DNA of 63,565 nucleotides, counting the filler, from Octopus bimaculoides (Eukaryota): assembly GCF_001194135.2 (NCBI RefSeq). It is 5 parts of 5 records of this genome, joined end to end, with 100 filler letters (N's around TTAATTAATTAA, not from the genome) between each part and the next. Parts side by side here need not be neighbours in the genome. Positions count along the whole stretch, not along the records: positions 32,327 to 47,232 come from NC_068986.1; positions 47,333 to 57,121 come from NC_068985.1; 3 more parts are not named here. The stretch is one strand, 5' to 3'. Of the stretch, positions 40,400 through 52,889 are shown one piece after another; position 1 is the first letter of the stretch, and the number at the start of each line of letters is the position of its first letter. The notes below the pieces were generated by a model that saw nothing but the letters and a program-made list of their open reading frames with translations, was not told the origin of the DNA and made no database searches. Both the position numbers and the translations under genes were made by a program.

Positions 40400-41560
40400 T
40401 TTTATTTGTATTTCTATATTTCGGAGCTATAACCTCCTTTTCAGGATATTTGGGTTGGAAAAGTGAGGAATGGAAGAGTCGTTGCTCAGCGGGGGAGAAA
40501 AGAGAATGGGAGATGAAGGAGGAAGGTGACATGGGCAAACTGGTGTTGTTATAGTAACCAGTCTGTTTTATGTAGCTTCTTCCTGTCGTTAATGGCTGCA
40601 CTTACTTGATTAGGAGGGCCTCCATGACACTGAGATTGATACTGTTACGTTGAGAGGCCCACGTGGCTATTTTAAAATCCTGGGTCTGGCACTTCTTTAG
40701 ATAGCATATTTATTGAAGTGTCTGTGCGCATATGTTCTTTTACTCGAAGGGGAAATATCCAGGTGGTACTACCAATGTAGGATGCTCCATATTTACTACA
40801 GACTATTTCATATACCCCATAGACCCTCGTGCATATATTGACGTCATTTACGAGGCAATTGTATAGTGGGCGTGACACGATGCTACATGTGGTATTATTC
40901 CTCAACAGATATTTCTTCAGCGAGGACTGGTGGGCACCAATTGTATGTTGACAGTTCCTCCCTGCGGATCGCTTGTTGTATAACTGCAGTTATTCTCTCA
41001 TCGAAGTAGGGCAGTTTAAGGAAGCACATATCAGACTTGGGACTATAAGCCCTTTGATATGGTTTACCCACTTTGATGTTTTGTAGATGCAGTCGTTTGG
41101 CTACAGGTGGCGGACAGATGTTGTGCGCTAAGTTCTTGAAGAACCGCTTGGTGTTTTTAGATCTGTCAGTTGTTTCGCTGCCTCTGTCGATTATGTGTGT
41201 GATTTCATTTCGCACGTGTGTGTGGTTTTGGCTTTGGTGGGCAGGGCTGACTTGTAAAGGTTCCAACTGGATGATCTTCTGTAAAAATCAGCATAATGGA
41301 ACCCTCCTCTATGAACTCGATTTGGAAATCTAGCAGAAAGAGGGTTCCGGATTCGTTTTGGTGCTCTATTTCAAATTTGAAACAGAGCTCTATTTCCAAG
41401 ACAGAACAACTCCGGTTATACAATAAGCAACCCTCCGGAAGGAACTCTACATACATATGGTGTGCACTGGTGCATACCCGTGGAAATATCTATTCAGAGA
41501 TAATACAAGTAGCATCGAAGGGTGTACACTACTTCGATGACGTCAAAAGCTGCTCAAGAT
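40400..41560 (-). mobile_element. Penelope-like element remnant (RT thumb, GIY-YIG endonuclease, 3' region with hammerhead motif)
   Basis: FEIEHQNESGTLFLLDFQI (thumb), FLKLPYFDE, YGVYEIVCSKYGASYIGSTT..FPLRVKEH (GIY-YIG). Confidence 0.8.
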
Positions 41561-41679
41561 CTAACTTTTAGAATCGTATATCTTGTCTAATTCTCTGTAC
41601 ATCTCTCCCTATTTCTCTCTTTTTCTTACCTTTTCTCTTTCACGCGATTTGTCTCCCTTTCCTCCACTTTGTCTCTCAT

Positions 41680-41910
41680 TTATTTGTGGTATGCGAAGTA
41701 GTCTGCAGTAAATGTGGGGCACCCTACATTAGGTGCACCACAAGAAAGTTGTACATTCGAATAAAAGAACATATGAACATTTCAATAAAAATAAAACGAA
41801 TATCTACTCCAAAGCAAGTTCCTATCGTGAAAGTTTTCTCACTTTTGAATGTACACGAACATGCCAAGTGTAAATGTATTATAGTTACATTACAAGAGCC
41901 GAAATAAACA
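41680..41910 (+). mobile_element. Inverted Penelope-like GIY-YIG fragment
   Basis: VVCEVVCSKCGAPYIRCTTRKLYIRIKEH, homologous to the 40730-40830 segment in the opposite orientation. Confidence 0.75.
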
Positions 41911-42225
41911 TTACAAAAAATTTTATTCGACACTCTAACGATTCTGCTACCATGTAGTCAAAAAGTTTAAAAAATGATATATCTATTATAATACATAATG
42001 TTATGGCTCATTATAATCTCTTTAATTCTAATGTATTCGATCTTGTTCTTATAGTTTCATCCATGTTGTTTGCTTGTTGTAGTTATTGTTGTTCTTGTAG
42101 TTAATCTTTTCTTCTATACGGCTGCACAAATTTAAAATTAATAATTAACCAAAATTCAACTAAATTTTTTTATTGGAAAAATTATTTAAAAATAACAATA
42201 TACTCACACACACACACACACAGAG

Positions 42226-42289
<64 letters not shown>

Positions 42290-43849
42290 TGTTATTTTGA
42301 AATAATTTTTCCTATAATGAATACATACATGCGCGCACGAATATATGTATACATGTGTGTATGCGCGTAAATATTAGAAAGGATTTGAGAATACAGACGA
42401 GAGCAATATAAGAATGTAAAATATTCAGGCGATACCATTGAAGTTGTTATAAAGTTTCTGTAAACATTAGAGTTTAATGGGGTCAAAAGTCGTAAGAGCA
42501 AATCTCCTTGGAATATTCTCTAATATTTATAAGCTGTTTCACATTCTAAGACATTTTCATAGGGATTTAGTACTGCATTTGTTTTAAATTTGTTGATGTT
42601 AATTTCAATTAATCACGTAACAACTAGGGAGCCATTCATATACTTGCATTGATTTGAAGGGTCTATGAATGAAGAAGATTCCTATTCGCTTTATGTAGTC
42701 TATCCAAACTATGTGTTTTCTGTTTCTCTTTCAATTCTTCTAAGAATATCTCGTTTATCAAAGTTGGTTCCTTACAGCTACATGCAATCTTCATTATGTA
42801 GGAGAGAGATACTATTGAGAAGTTAATATCGGCTTTAGACACCGTATCGGGGACTGCTCATGCAATTGTCCTACTAGATTTGTAGGGCCCAACTACTTGT
42901 ACTGTATGTGTCCGCAACTCTGGTTAGGAACATTTGTTACTATATTTAATTATTGTGTTTTATATAATTATGTCTTCATATTTAATTATTTATTCACTAT
43001 TTATTTACTCTTATTACATCATTATATAATTTGCATTAAATTTGTAACAAATCTACTTGTTTATTGTATAATGTATTTGCTCTTCCTCTATTTTGTCCTG
43101 CGTAGAACGGTTTTTATTGTATGCTTGAAAGAACTCTGAGGGACAAAATCAAAGAATACATTACAAAAGAATTGTTAAAGCTTCAGAGATAATTTCCTGC
43201 AGTATTTATTCCAGATCACAGAATCCTGAGTTCAAATTCTACTGTAGTCATTGTTGTCTTTCATTTCATCAAAAACAATAAAATAAAGCTTAACTCGGAT
43301 AGTTTGGGGCAATTTAATCAACGAACTTTTGGCCCGAATTTGTGGTTTTGTGCGTATGTTAAGAATAATTATTACTTTTGCGGGGGTTGGGTTTTAGTAA
43401 AGCGATCAAATGGTCAAGAAAAGGGTCTTGCAGTATTTACTTTTCCCGTATTATATCTTGAGAAGTCAAATCTCATCGAGCTTAATTTTGATTTTCATCC
43501 TTCTGGAATCCATAAATCGAAATTACAGTCAATTTGGAGAAAAGAATACTTGATGATATTGGCCCTGCTGGTTAATCTACATTATTCTATAAGGAGCGTA
43601 AGGTCAATTTCCCAGTCTCTCTGGCATATATACTCCCCCTACGGGATGGGACACCGATTTGTTGCTGGGTTAGTCATATTTACCAGCTGAGTGGACTGGA
43701 GCAACGTGAAATGAAGTGTTTTGCTCAAGAATACAATGCATAGCCCAGTACAGAAATCGAGACCACAATCTTACGATCATGAGTCCAACACTCTAACTAC
43801 TAAGACATGCACCTCCATTGGGTTAATATAATCAGGTGTTACCTCGCAA

Positions 43850-44770
43850 ATTTCTTGCCTTATGCAAGTATAAGTGTTTGGCAAAATATTTTGGGTTGTC
43901 TGACAAAATACCACATGATATCTGATCCACCTCTTTCTCTTTTGAATTCATGTCCAAACGAGGTGTAATTTCACAAGGTTTCGGCCGAAGTCGATAAAGT
44001 AAAGAACAAGTCAATTACAGTTTTCGATCTAATCGAATAACTACCCCGCCTAAAACTTTAAAACATTCCTTTATTATTGATGATGAAAAATTACGGGGCG
44101 GCGAGCTGGCAGAAACGTTAGCACGCCGGGCGAAATTCTTAGCGGTATTTCGTCTGCCGTTACGTTCTGAGTTCAAATTCCACCGAGGTAGACTTTGTCT
44201 TTCATACTTTCGGGGTCGATAAATTAAGTACCAGTTACGTACTGGGTCGATGTAATCGACTTAATCTCTTTGTCTGTTCTTGTTTGTCCCGTCTATATTT
44301 AGCCCCTTGTGTGCAATAAAGAAATAGAAAATTACGGGGCGTGCTGAGAGAATCGTTAGCTCACCGGACAAAATAGTTAGCAGCGGTATTGCTTCCGGTT
44401 TTTCGTCCCGATTTTAAACTACCCAGGTGGACTTTACTTTTCATCCTGTAGGGTCGTTCCAGTTAAGCACTGGGATCGACGTTATCGATTAGCCTCCTCC
44501 TTCAAAATTTCAGGCCTTGTGCCTATAGTAAAAAGGATTAAAGATGATAAGAAATTATGTGACATGCTGGTTCGTCGAAGAAAATGCTAAAATGCTGAGA
44601 GCAATTTCTTCCGGCTCTTATCGTTCTGAGCTCAAATCCTACCGAAGCCAACTTTGCTTTCCTTCACTTTCGGGGGTCGATAAAATAAAGTACCAGTCAA
44701 AAACTGGAGTCGAGGGAATGGACCTGTCTCCTCCTCACAAAATTTCTAGCCTTCTGCAAAAATTAGAGGG
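43850..44770 (+). mobile_element. Head-to-tail cluster of three or four SINE family A copies
   Basis: Heads at ~44100, ~44341 and ~44560 plus an older fragment before 44060; 14-bp TSD AAAATTACGGGGCG at 44087-44100 and 44328-44341. Confidence 0.8.
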
Positions 44771-44859
44771 AAATACTAATGAGAATAATTGAAGATAATT
44801 ACGAATATTAGAATTATGAGTGAGAATATTACTCAGAAATATGACGGACTTCATTATTA

Positions 44860-45744
44860 TTCATGTCGATATTGTTGTTGATGATGATATTGATGAAGAT
44901 GTTGTTGATGATGTGGATGATGATGACGACAATGGCGATGACATAACAGCAATGAAGCAGACGATACCAATAAAAGTTCAATGCCTTTTAAAACATAAAC
45001 AGTAGAGCGTGGATGGTTGCGCAGACTTTAAGGTGTAAAAGGTGCTGTGTGCAAGGAGAGTTGTTGGCGTTGATGGCGGTGGCGATGATTACGATATTGG
45101 GCGTTGAGTTGGCAATGTTCGAAGTGGAGGAATAGGGAGAGAAGAGTAAGAGAGAGGAGGAGAGGGAGGGAAGTGAGGGAGAGAGAGGGGGAGAGAAGGG
45201 GAGAGAGAGGGAGAGTGAGAGGGGCGATGATCAGAGAATAAGAATAAAGACGAATATGAATGAGGAGGAGGAAGAGGAGGATGATGTGGAGGTGGTGGTG
45301 TTGGTGGTGGTGTCGGAGTTGGAGGATGTGTTGGAATAACCGATTTCTTCTGAGTGCTGAGAACTATTGCGTAAGACACCCGACACGTTTGCACGGAATG
45401 ACATGGGAGGCGGGTGTTAGGAGTGGTAGTATTGGTGGTGATGGTGGTGATGGTGGTAGTTGCGGTGGTGGTGGTGGTGGTGGTGGTTTTGGTGTCGGTA
45501 GAGGTAACAGTGGGTCTGATGATACTGATGATTGAGGTAGCGAGGTGGGTGTGGTAGGGACCGTTTTTTGGTGCTGTTCGGCTTAATGGAAGTGGAGATT
45601 GGTAATGATGATGGTGATGGTAAAGACGATGAAGATGATGGTATTGTTGATGATGGGGATAATGATGACGATGATGATGATGATACAGTGATAGTGACGG
45701 TGATGATGGGGACAAACATGAAGATAGTGCTGACAGTGATGGCG

Positions 45745-45775
<31 letters not shown>

Positions 45776-45811
45776 GGACAAAAATGAAGATAGTGGTGAC
45801 AGTGATGGCGT

Positions 45812-45844
<33 letters not shown>

Positions 45845-46300
45845 CGATGACGACGATGACGATGATGATGATGGTAGGGCTGGTGATGATGGTGCTGGTG
45901 ATGATGGTAGAGTTGGGGATGATGGTAGCGGCGCTGGGGATGTGTGTGCTAGTGGTGAGGAGAAGGTGACGGAAGAATGGTGGAGCGAAAGTGAAGGGGC
46001 GAAAGGGTAGACGAGAGAAGATATCGTGTGTGAAGCTATGATGACAGCAAGCGATGAGAGCAAAACCTGAGGAGTGACGGGGTGGGTAAATGGGTGGCTA
46101 CGTGAGTGAGGTGGGGAGGTAACGAGGTTTTGTTAAATGAACGAAGGGCGTAGGGTTGAGGAAGTTGTTGTAAAGGAGTAACTTGATGGTGATGGGTTGC
46201 GATTTGAGGGGTTAAAAGGAGAAATGGCGTTGTCGTTGAGATATTATTTTGTAGTTTTTTATCGTAATAGTGCTTTGGCACCGATGATCAGTGGTTCCGA
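44860..46300. repeat. GC-richer low-complexity block of (GAT)n, (GGT)n and (GA)n with an internal ~70-bp tandem duplication
   Basis: Direct reading; ggggacaaa.atgaagatagtg.tgacagtgatggcgttgatgatg occurs twice at ~45708-45830. Confidence 0.85.
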
Positions 46301-47332
46301 AACGGGGTCCATATGAACTTTGGAGATCCATATAGTTTCTTTTCATAATTCATGTATAATAAATTCTTATAGTTCTGCAATAATACAAAATAATTTCACA
46401 ACATTTTATACAGTTCAAAATAATATTTAAAATTAAGAATATAATTGGATGTTTTATATATATCGAATGGCTTTAGCAACACACTAGTTTAAAATATAGA
46501 TCAAAGGAATCCATAGGCAAGAAATGGTTGCGAAATACTTTGGATGATAAAGGAAAGAGAGTTTCGTTCATTATTGTGCAAACGGGAGATTTGTCACTAG
46601 AAATCACAACCCCTTCGGGCAGTCACACTTGAGATGGTTCGATCTGGTTTCCCCCCAAAAGTCTAAGCTAAGAGCATTAGACCCCTTTGTAAGAAAGCCA
46701 GCAAATGTGTACGGCAACAAAGAAAACCCAAACAAACCAAAAATAAAAAGAGAGAACATGGTAAACAATTACGAATACAAACAACAAGAAATAACAACGG
46801 GCGTATTTCGACTGAGAACGAATCAATTGAGCTGGCGTGTATAAAGTGAAGGCCCAAAGGCAGGAACATGGGAGATGGACACAAGAGGTTTTGGCGGCCG
46901 GCAAGTCAGATAGATCATAGCTGGCCGGACCCCGGTCACGTTAAAGGAGGAGAGATGGGAACAGGACAGTGGTATTGAAGGATTAGAAAAGATAAGAGAC
47001 AGAGAGAAAGGTACAGGGGAGATAAATGAGTGGGAAATAGTGGGAATTAAAGTGATTCAATATATGTTGTCCTTAGAACATACGTGAGGTAAAGAAAGAT
47101 GGACGATGGTCACATGTGAGCAATGAGAGAGAGAGAAAGAGAATCAGGGGGAGGGAGAGAGAGACAGAGAGAAAATGGTGAAAGGGAGAAAAAAGGAATT
47201 AGAGAAGGATGGGGGAATATATATATTTTCCCNNNNNNNNNNNNNNNNNNNNNNNNNNNNNNNNNNNNNNNNNNNNTTAATTAATTAANNNNNNNNNNNN
47301 NNNNNNNNNNNNNNNNNNNNNNNNNNNNNNNN

Positions 47333-48640
47333 GAATAAGAATAGTCTGGGCAAAGTTCAGAGAGCTCTTACCTCTGCTGGTGACAAAGGGCCTCTCGCTC
47401 AGAGTAAAAGGTAGACTGTATGACACATTTGTACGAACAGCCATGCTACATGGCAATGAAACATGGGCTGTGACTGCTGAGGACATGTGTAAGCTTGCAA
47501 GGAACGAAGCCAGTATTCTCCGATGGATGTGTAACGTCAGTGTGCATACACGACAGAGAGTAAGCAGCCTGAGAGAAAAGTTGGATTTAAGAAGCATCAG
47601 ATGTGGTGTGCAAGAGAGACAACTGTGCTGGTATGGTCATTTGTTGCAAATGAATGAGGACAGCTGTGTGAAAAAATGCCGCATCCTAGCAGTTGAGGGA
47701 ACCTGTGGAAGAGGTAGACCCTAGGAAAACCTGGGATGAGGTGGTGAAGCACAGTGTTCGAACATTGGGCCTTACCGAGGCAATGACTAATGACCGAGAC
47801 CTTTGGAGATGTGCTGTGCTTGAGAAGACCCAACAAGCCAAGTGAGACCATAGCCCATGGCCTATGCCAGTGGGTGTAGCCAGCCCACTTATGGATACCC
47901 CTCATTCATTGGACAATAAACTTTGCTTGTGAAGACCTATTGAAGTTGGTGAAATCAAATCGAGATCAAAATTGCTGACATGACCAATGACAGTACCACC
48001 TGATTGGCACTCGTGCCAGTGGAACATTTAAAAGCACATCTGAACGTGGGGTGTAACCGGCCCACTTATGAGTGCCCCTTATTCATTGGACAATGAACTT
48101 TGCTTGCAAAGACCTATTGATGCAAGTGTCAACGGATCAAAATCGCTGACATGGCCGATGACAGTACCACCTGATTGGCACTTGTGCCAGTGGAATGTGA
48201 AAAGCACATCCAAGCGTGATCATTGCTAGAGTCACAGATTGACTACCATGCCAGTGACATGTGAAAAGCACCATTCGAGCATGATCGTTACCAGCGTCGC
48301 CTTACTGGCACATGTGCTGGTGGCATGTGAAAAACAACATTCGAGCATGGTTGTTGCCAGTGCTGCCGGACTGGCTCCCGTGCAGGTAGCATGTAAAAAT
48401 ATCTTTTGAGCATGGTCATTGCCAGAACCGCCAGACTGGACCTTGTGCTGGTGGCACGTAAAAGCACCCACTACACTCTTGGAGTGGTTAGCCTTAGGAA
48501 GGGCATCCAGCTGTAGAAATTTTGCCAGATCAGATTGAGCCTGGTGCAGCCTCTGGTTCACCAGTCCTCAGTCAAACCGTCCAAGTTATGCCAGCATGGA
48601 AAGAGGACATTAAACAGTGATGATGATGATAATGATGATG
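47333..48640 (+). mobile_element. RTE LINE 3' part, same family as 14649-18290
   Basis: MTKGLSLRVKGRLYDT...WYGH...GRGRP is nearly identical to 15342-15800; repetitive 3' UTR and (GAT)n tail at ~48620-48642. Confidence 0.9.
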
Positions 48641-48702
48641 ATATATATTTTTTATTTATATTATTGTATGATTAAACGCCATGCATCCATTTCCAAGTAA
48701 GT

Positions 48703-48761
<59 letters not shown>

Positions 48762-48785
48762 GATATCTATATACATATATAGATA

Positions 48786-48823
48786 CTAGCAGAAAGACCG
48801 CCCTCCATGTGGTTTTCTGCTAG
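48786..48823 (-). mobile_element. Helitron-like 3' terminus (hairpin plus CTAG)
   Basis: ctagcagaaa...tttctgctag inverted repeat; the minus strand ends ...ctgCTAG|T next to an (AT)n tract. Confidence 0.45.
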
Positions 48824-50974
48824 CCCCTTGACAATATTTTCGCATTTGATTCCTAATTCTAATAAGTTTTATATTTTACCTCTAATTATTTCTTTGTATA
48901 ATAGTACTCACATGCTTAGCAAATATTGCTTTCGTTATTTTATCACGGTCATAATCTCTCTTTTTTAAATAAACATCATGGTAGTCCAACAACAGAGGGA
49001 GAAGCAGTTTGTCAAGTTTCACCTTCCTCTCAGAGCAACATAGAAATTTCAGTTCAGCAGCCCATCTGTAAGCTTTACAGTGTGTGTGTGAGAGAGAGAG
49101 AGAGAGAACATTGCAAACAATGAATGAAATGAACATGAAATGAAAAAATTGTATAAACAAAAGGGCATTACTACAGATGTATATGCCCCTGACTTTGTTG
49201 CCCTGTAACATCCAGAAAAATGGATACTTTTTAACAAAATTTTCTACAAATACCAGTTAGATATTGTGGCTTCAGAGTATATAGAGATTTATGGGAAAGA
49301 ATTTTTGAGATGGGGTGGAGAGAGGAGTTTCTAAACTTTCAGGAAGGTGTATATCTTTTAATGAAAATTTATACAAATCCCTTTCAAACAGCATAGATTA
49401 CAATTATAAAGAAAATTGTAGGAAAAATTTTTTCGGGGATTTTCTCAATTTTTTTAAAACAACAGTCTTTGAAATGATGTATTAGGGGTGCATCTTTGTA
49501 GGAAAAAAGCTTTGAAAACTCTATTTTTGCATACCCTACTCCATCATTATTCCACTCCAGACCTATTTTGGCCAATTTTTGTTTTTGCTCTTCAAAACCA
49601 TGGGAAGAGCATTTTCGGTAAGAAAAATTTTTTAATTGTTAATATTTTCAGAGGGAAAAGTGATTTAAGGGCGATTTGGCTGTTGTTTCTAGCACATCCA
49701 AAGACAACTCTCCTAGTTTCTTTATCACTCTTGCAAGTATTGATATTTTTCAATATTTTTCCCCCATAAATACATTTATATGCTATAAAAAAGAAAATTT
49801 GAGAAATTATGAATCTTTTGCAACCCCACTCACTGCCCCCGATTGTTTCTGTTTAGAAATTAAAATATTGGAGAGCCTGAGAAGGTCATTGCTGCCATTT
49901 ATCCACAGTGATTTTAAAAAAATTATGGAGATATACTTGTATAGCAAGTGACTTGATCTGAAATCGTGTGCTGAAACAAAAACAATTGCAGTGTGGAAGA
50001 TGTTTGTAAACCATTCAAGAACACACAAATACTATTAGTTTCACTTCAACATTAAAACTTCATTTGTGTCAAAATTTTTTCGTTGCTTTGAAACCATGAC
50101 CTGTTCACTGACAAAACTTCACAAAAGTGATGCAGCATGAAGTTTCGTCAGTGAACAGCACACACACACACACACATGCACATTCATTGCGTTTCATTTG
50201 TGTGTATGTGTATCTATGTGCGCGAGTGTGTTTTGTATGTGTGTGTGTCACTGTTGAAGTTGTGTTTGGAAACTGTGAATAAGGTGCAAGTTTTGAGTAC
50301 TTGTCGGTAACTTTTTGTTTTATCTCCTCTTCTTCTAATAGTAATTACCCAACATTCTCGGCTCTTTTCACAGTTATCCTGCATTCAAAAGTTATATGTG
50401 TATTTTTAAAAACTTTCATTCAATAAATAATCTTTTTACATTATGTATACATTAATAGCAAATTAAAACTTAAAGAGAAAGTGAGAGACTTTGCAAATAA
50501 AAATGGAATACTCCACAGTGAATGCAATGAATATTTAAATTTGTGATGAATTGGGTGCAGTGAATATTTAAATTTGCGAGAAATTGTAGTTTAAAAAATT
50601 CAATAAACTTGAGAAATTGAAATTATAGGAAATTTCTCCAACCTTACCATTGCTCTCTTTATCTTTTTATTTTTATCTTTATATATTTACACACACATAT
50701 ATATATATACATATATATATATATACACGCACACACACACACACACATATATGCACATATATATACATACATATATTATATACATATGACTATATATATC
50801 TACATATATAATGCATGAATATATATATATATATTTATGTATACATATATATATATTATATATATACATATAAATGTATATACATATATGTGTGTGTGCA
50901 TACACACACATATATNNNNNNNNNNNNNNNNNNNNNNNNNNNNNNNNNNNNNNNNNNNNNNNNNNNNNNNNNNN

Positions 50975-51019
<45 letters not shown>

Positions 51020-52259
51020 ATATGTATATATATATGTATACATATATATATATAATTTCTGTTTAACAGGTATCACACTGAAAGCTACTAAATTACAAAG
51101 TGTTTGTGTTGTTTATGATAAACTTTATTTTACATTTCTTGACCACAAGAGATTATGTCCAATCTTTAGCATACTGCTGTATGTCTTCTCATATAACAAT
51201 CACAGGGAAAGTCATTGAGAAGAATTACCAACAAAACCAAAGCTGATAAATATGAACAACTGTTGAAATTTAAGTTTAATTATCAATGAACATCAGTTTG
51301 GATGGCACTTTACTCCACCAACAGAGGGAGGTGACCGATCAAACTGATTATGTAAACAGAATTCTTTTCCGGCTATTCTGGTTAGAGCCTTTGATACGGA
51401 GTATCGAAATTTTAATCCCTTTCACACTTATAAAATGTCAAGCAAACTTTAAAATTTGTCATTACCATTACCTGCAAAGGAGAAATTAAATATGTTGAAT
51501 ATGCATTTGAATGTGGCAATAGAGCCAGTGTTTGAAATTGGCGTAAACAGTACAACAAACTTAAAACTGTACTTAGTAATAAACAGACATAAATAAAAAC
51601 AATCAAGATTATCCATATCGTTACATTTTTTCAGGAAGGAATATCCATATCATTATGTATGTCAATGGTGCTCCATTGCGATAGGTAGAAACTCCAAGCA
51701 ATGTAAAATATAGCACGAACCATATTTACCAGCATGAATGTCAGAGTTCAAAAAGTAGTAAAAACAGTTTTAGTAAATTTATACAGAAAAAGTAAGCATT
51801 ATACCATTCAAGCATGAATAAAAGTCGACTTCATATCTAAGCCATTATTTTTTCTGTAAAAAACTTTTCTGACATTAAATGAGTCAACTTCTGGTATGAA
51901 TGTTTACGTTTTGTATGTCTTTTTGCTACAAAAAAAATTTCAAAACAAATTCTGGAAACGATCTACTCATGTAATTTACACACCAACTAAAGTTTATTTT
52001 TATTTTGGTAAAAAGAGTGTGTAAACTACATGGGTTTTTATGGTATATATCTTTTAAATTTGTAGAGGTAATGTTAGGGGTATGCAGATAAAGCTCCTAT
52101 TTCATTATGCCAGCTACTGTTTAATGATACTGACTAGTGAGTTAGATTTTCGAGGTTGCATCATGGTTATACCGAAATAATGTGAGATAAATATTATAAT
52201 AGCAATAATACCAGGATGGAATTTATAAATATTTAATACATTACTATGTATGTTTCCAC

Positions 52260-52750
52260 AGATCAGATGATTTGGACATCAGAGTCAGTATCCTTGAAAT
52301 TAGTACAGTATAGTCTGTATTATCCGTGGGCATCATCATTGATCCATTTCATCAGATGATCCTGTATAATTGGATGAATCACAGAGGGATGTTTATCCCT
52401 TCTTGCCAGTATGAAGGCCAATCTAGCTATGTGAGTATTTCTGTATGTACTTGGTAGTTGGAAGTAGGTGATGTTAGTAGAGGAAGGAATGATTGTAATA
52501 TGGGGATGGGTGTGTGTGTGGTGGTGTGGGATTTATTTGCCATTCATTTTGCAGATTTTAAGGATAGTCATTCATTCAACAGGTTTAAGGATGATAGTAT
52601 GTCTCTTTGTTCTGTTTCATTGAAGACCTGACTCTCAATAAATTCTGAACCTAACAGGTAGTCAGCTGCTATATAGTGGGGTTTGTTTACTACATTGATT
52701 AATACCACCTCTCTTATGGTGACCTTTTCACTGTTTCTGTAGTTGTAATA
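52260..52750 (-). mobile_element. Possible decayed APE-endonuclease LINE remnant
   Basis: LINVVNKPHYIAADY...EQRDILSSLNLLN resembles the APE GDFN...N..G..L...NL..LN region. Confidence 0.35.
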
Positions 52751-52889
52751 GTGTGTGTCATCTTAAACATTATTATTTTCAATTATTTGTTTGGGTTCCT
52801 TCACTATTCTATGATTTATTACTTATTTTCAAAATATGTTTTTTCAAATGCTATGAATGATATCTTGTGTCTATGCTTAACTAACCTGA

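Noticed and set aside
45089-46063. 324-aa Ser/Pro/Thr/His-rich ORF on the minus strand
   Set aside because: It is the antisense of purine-rich simple repeats where stop codons are compositionally rare; no domain or splice support.
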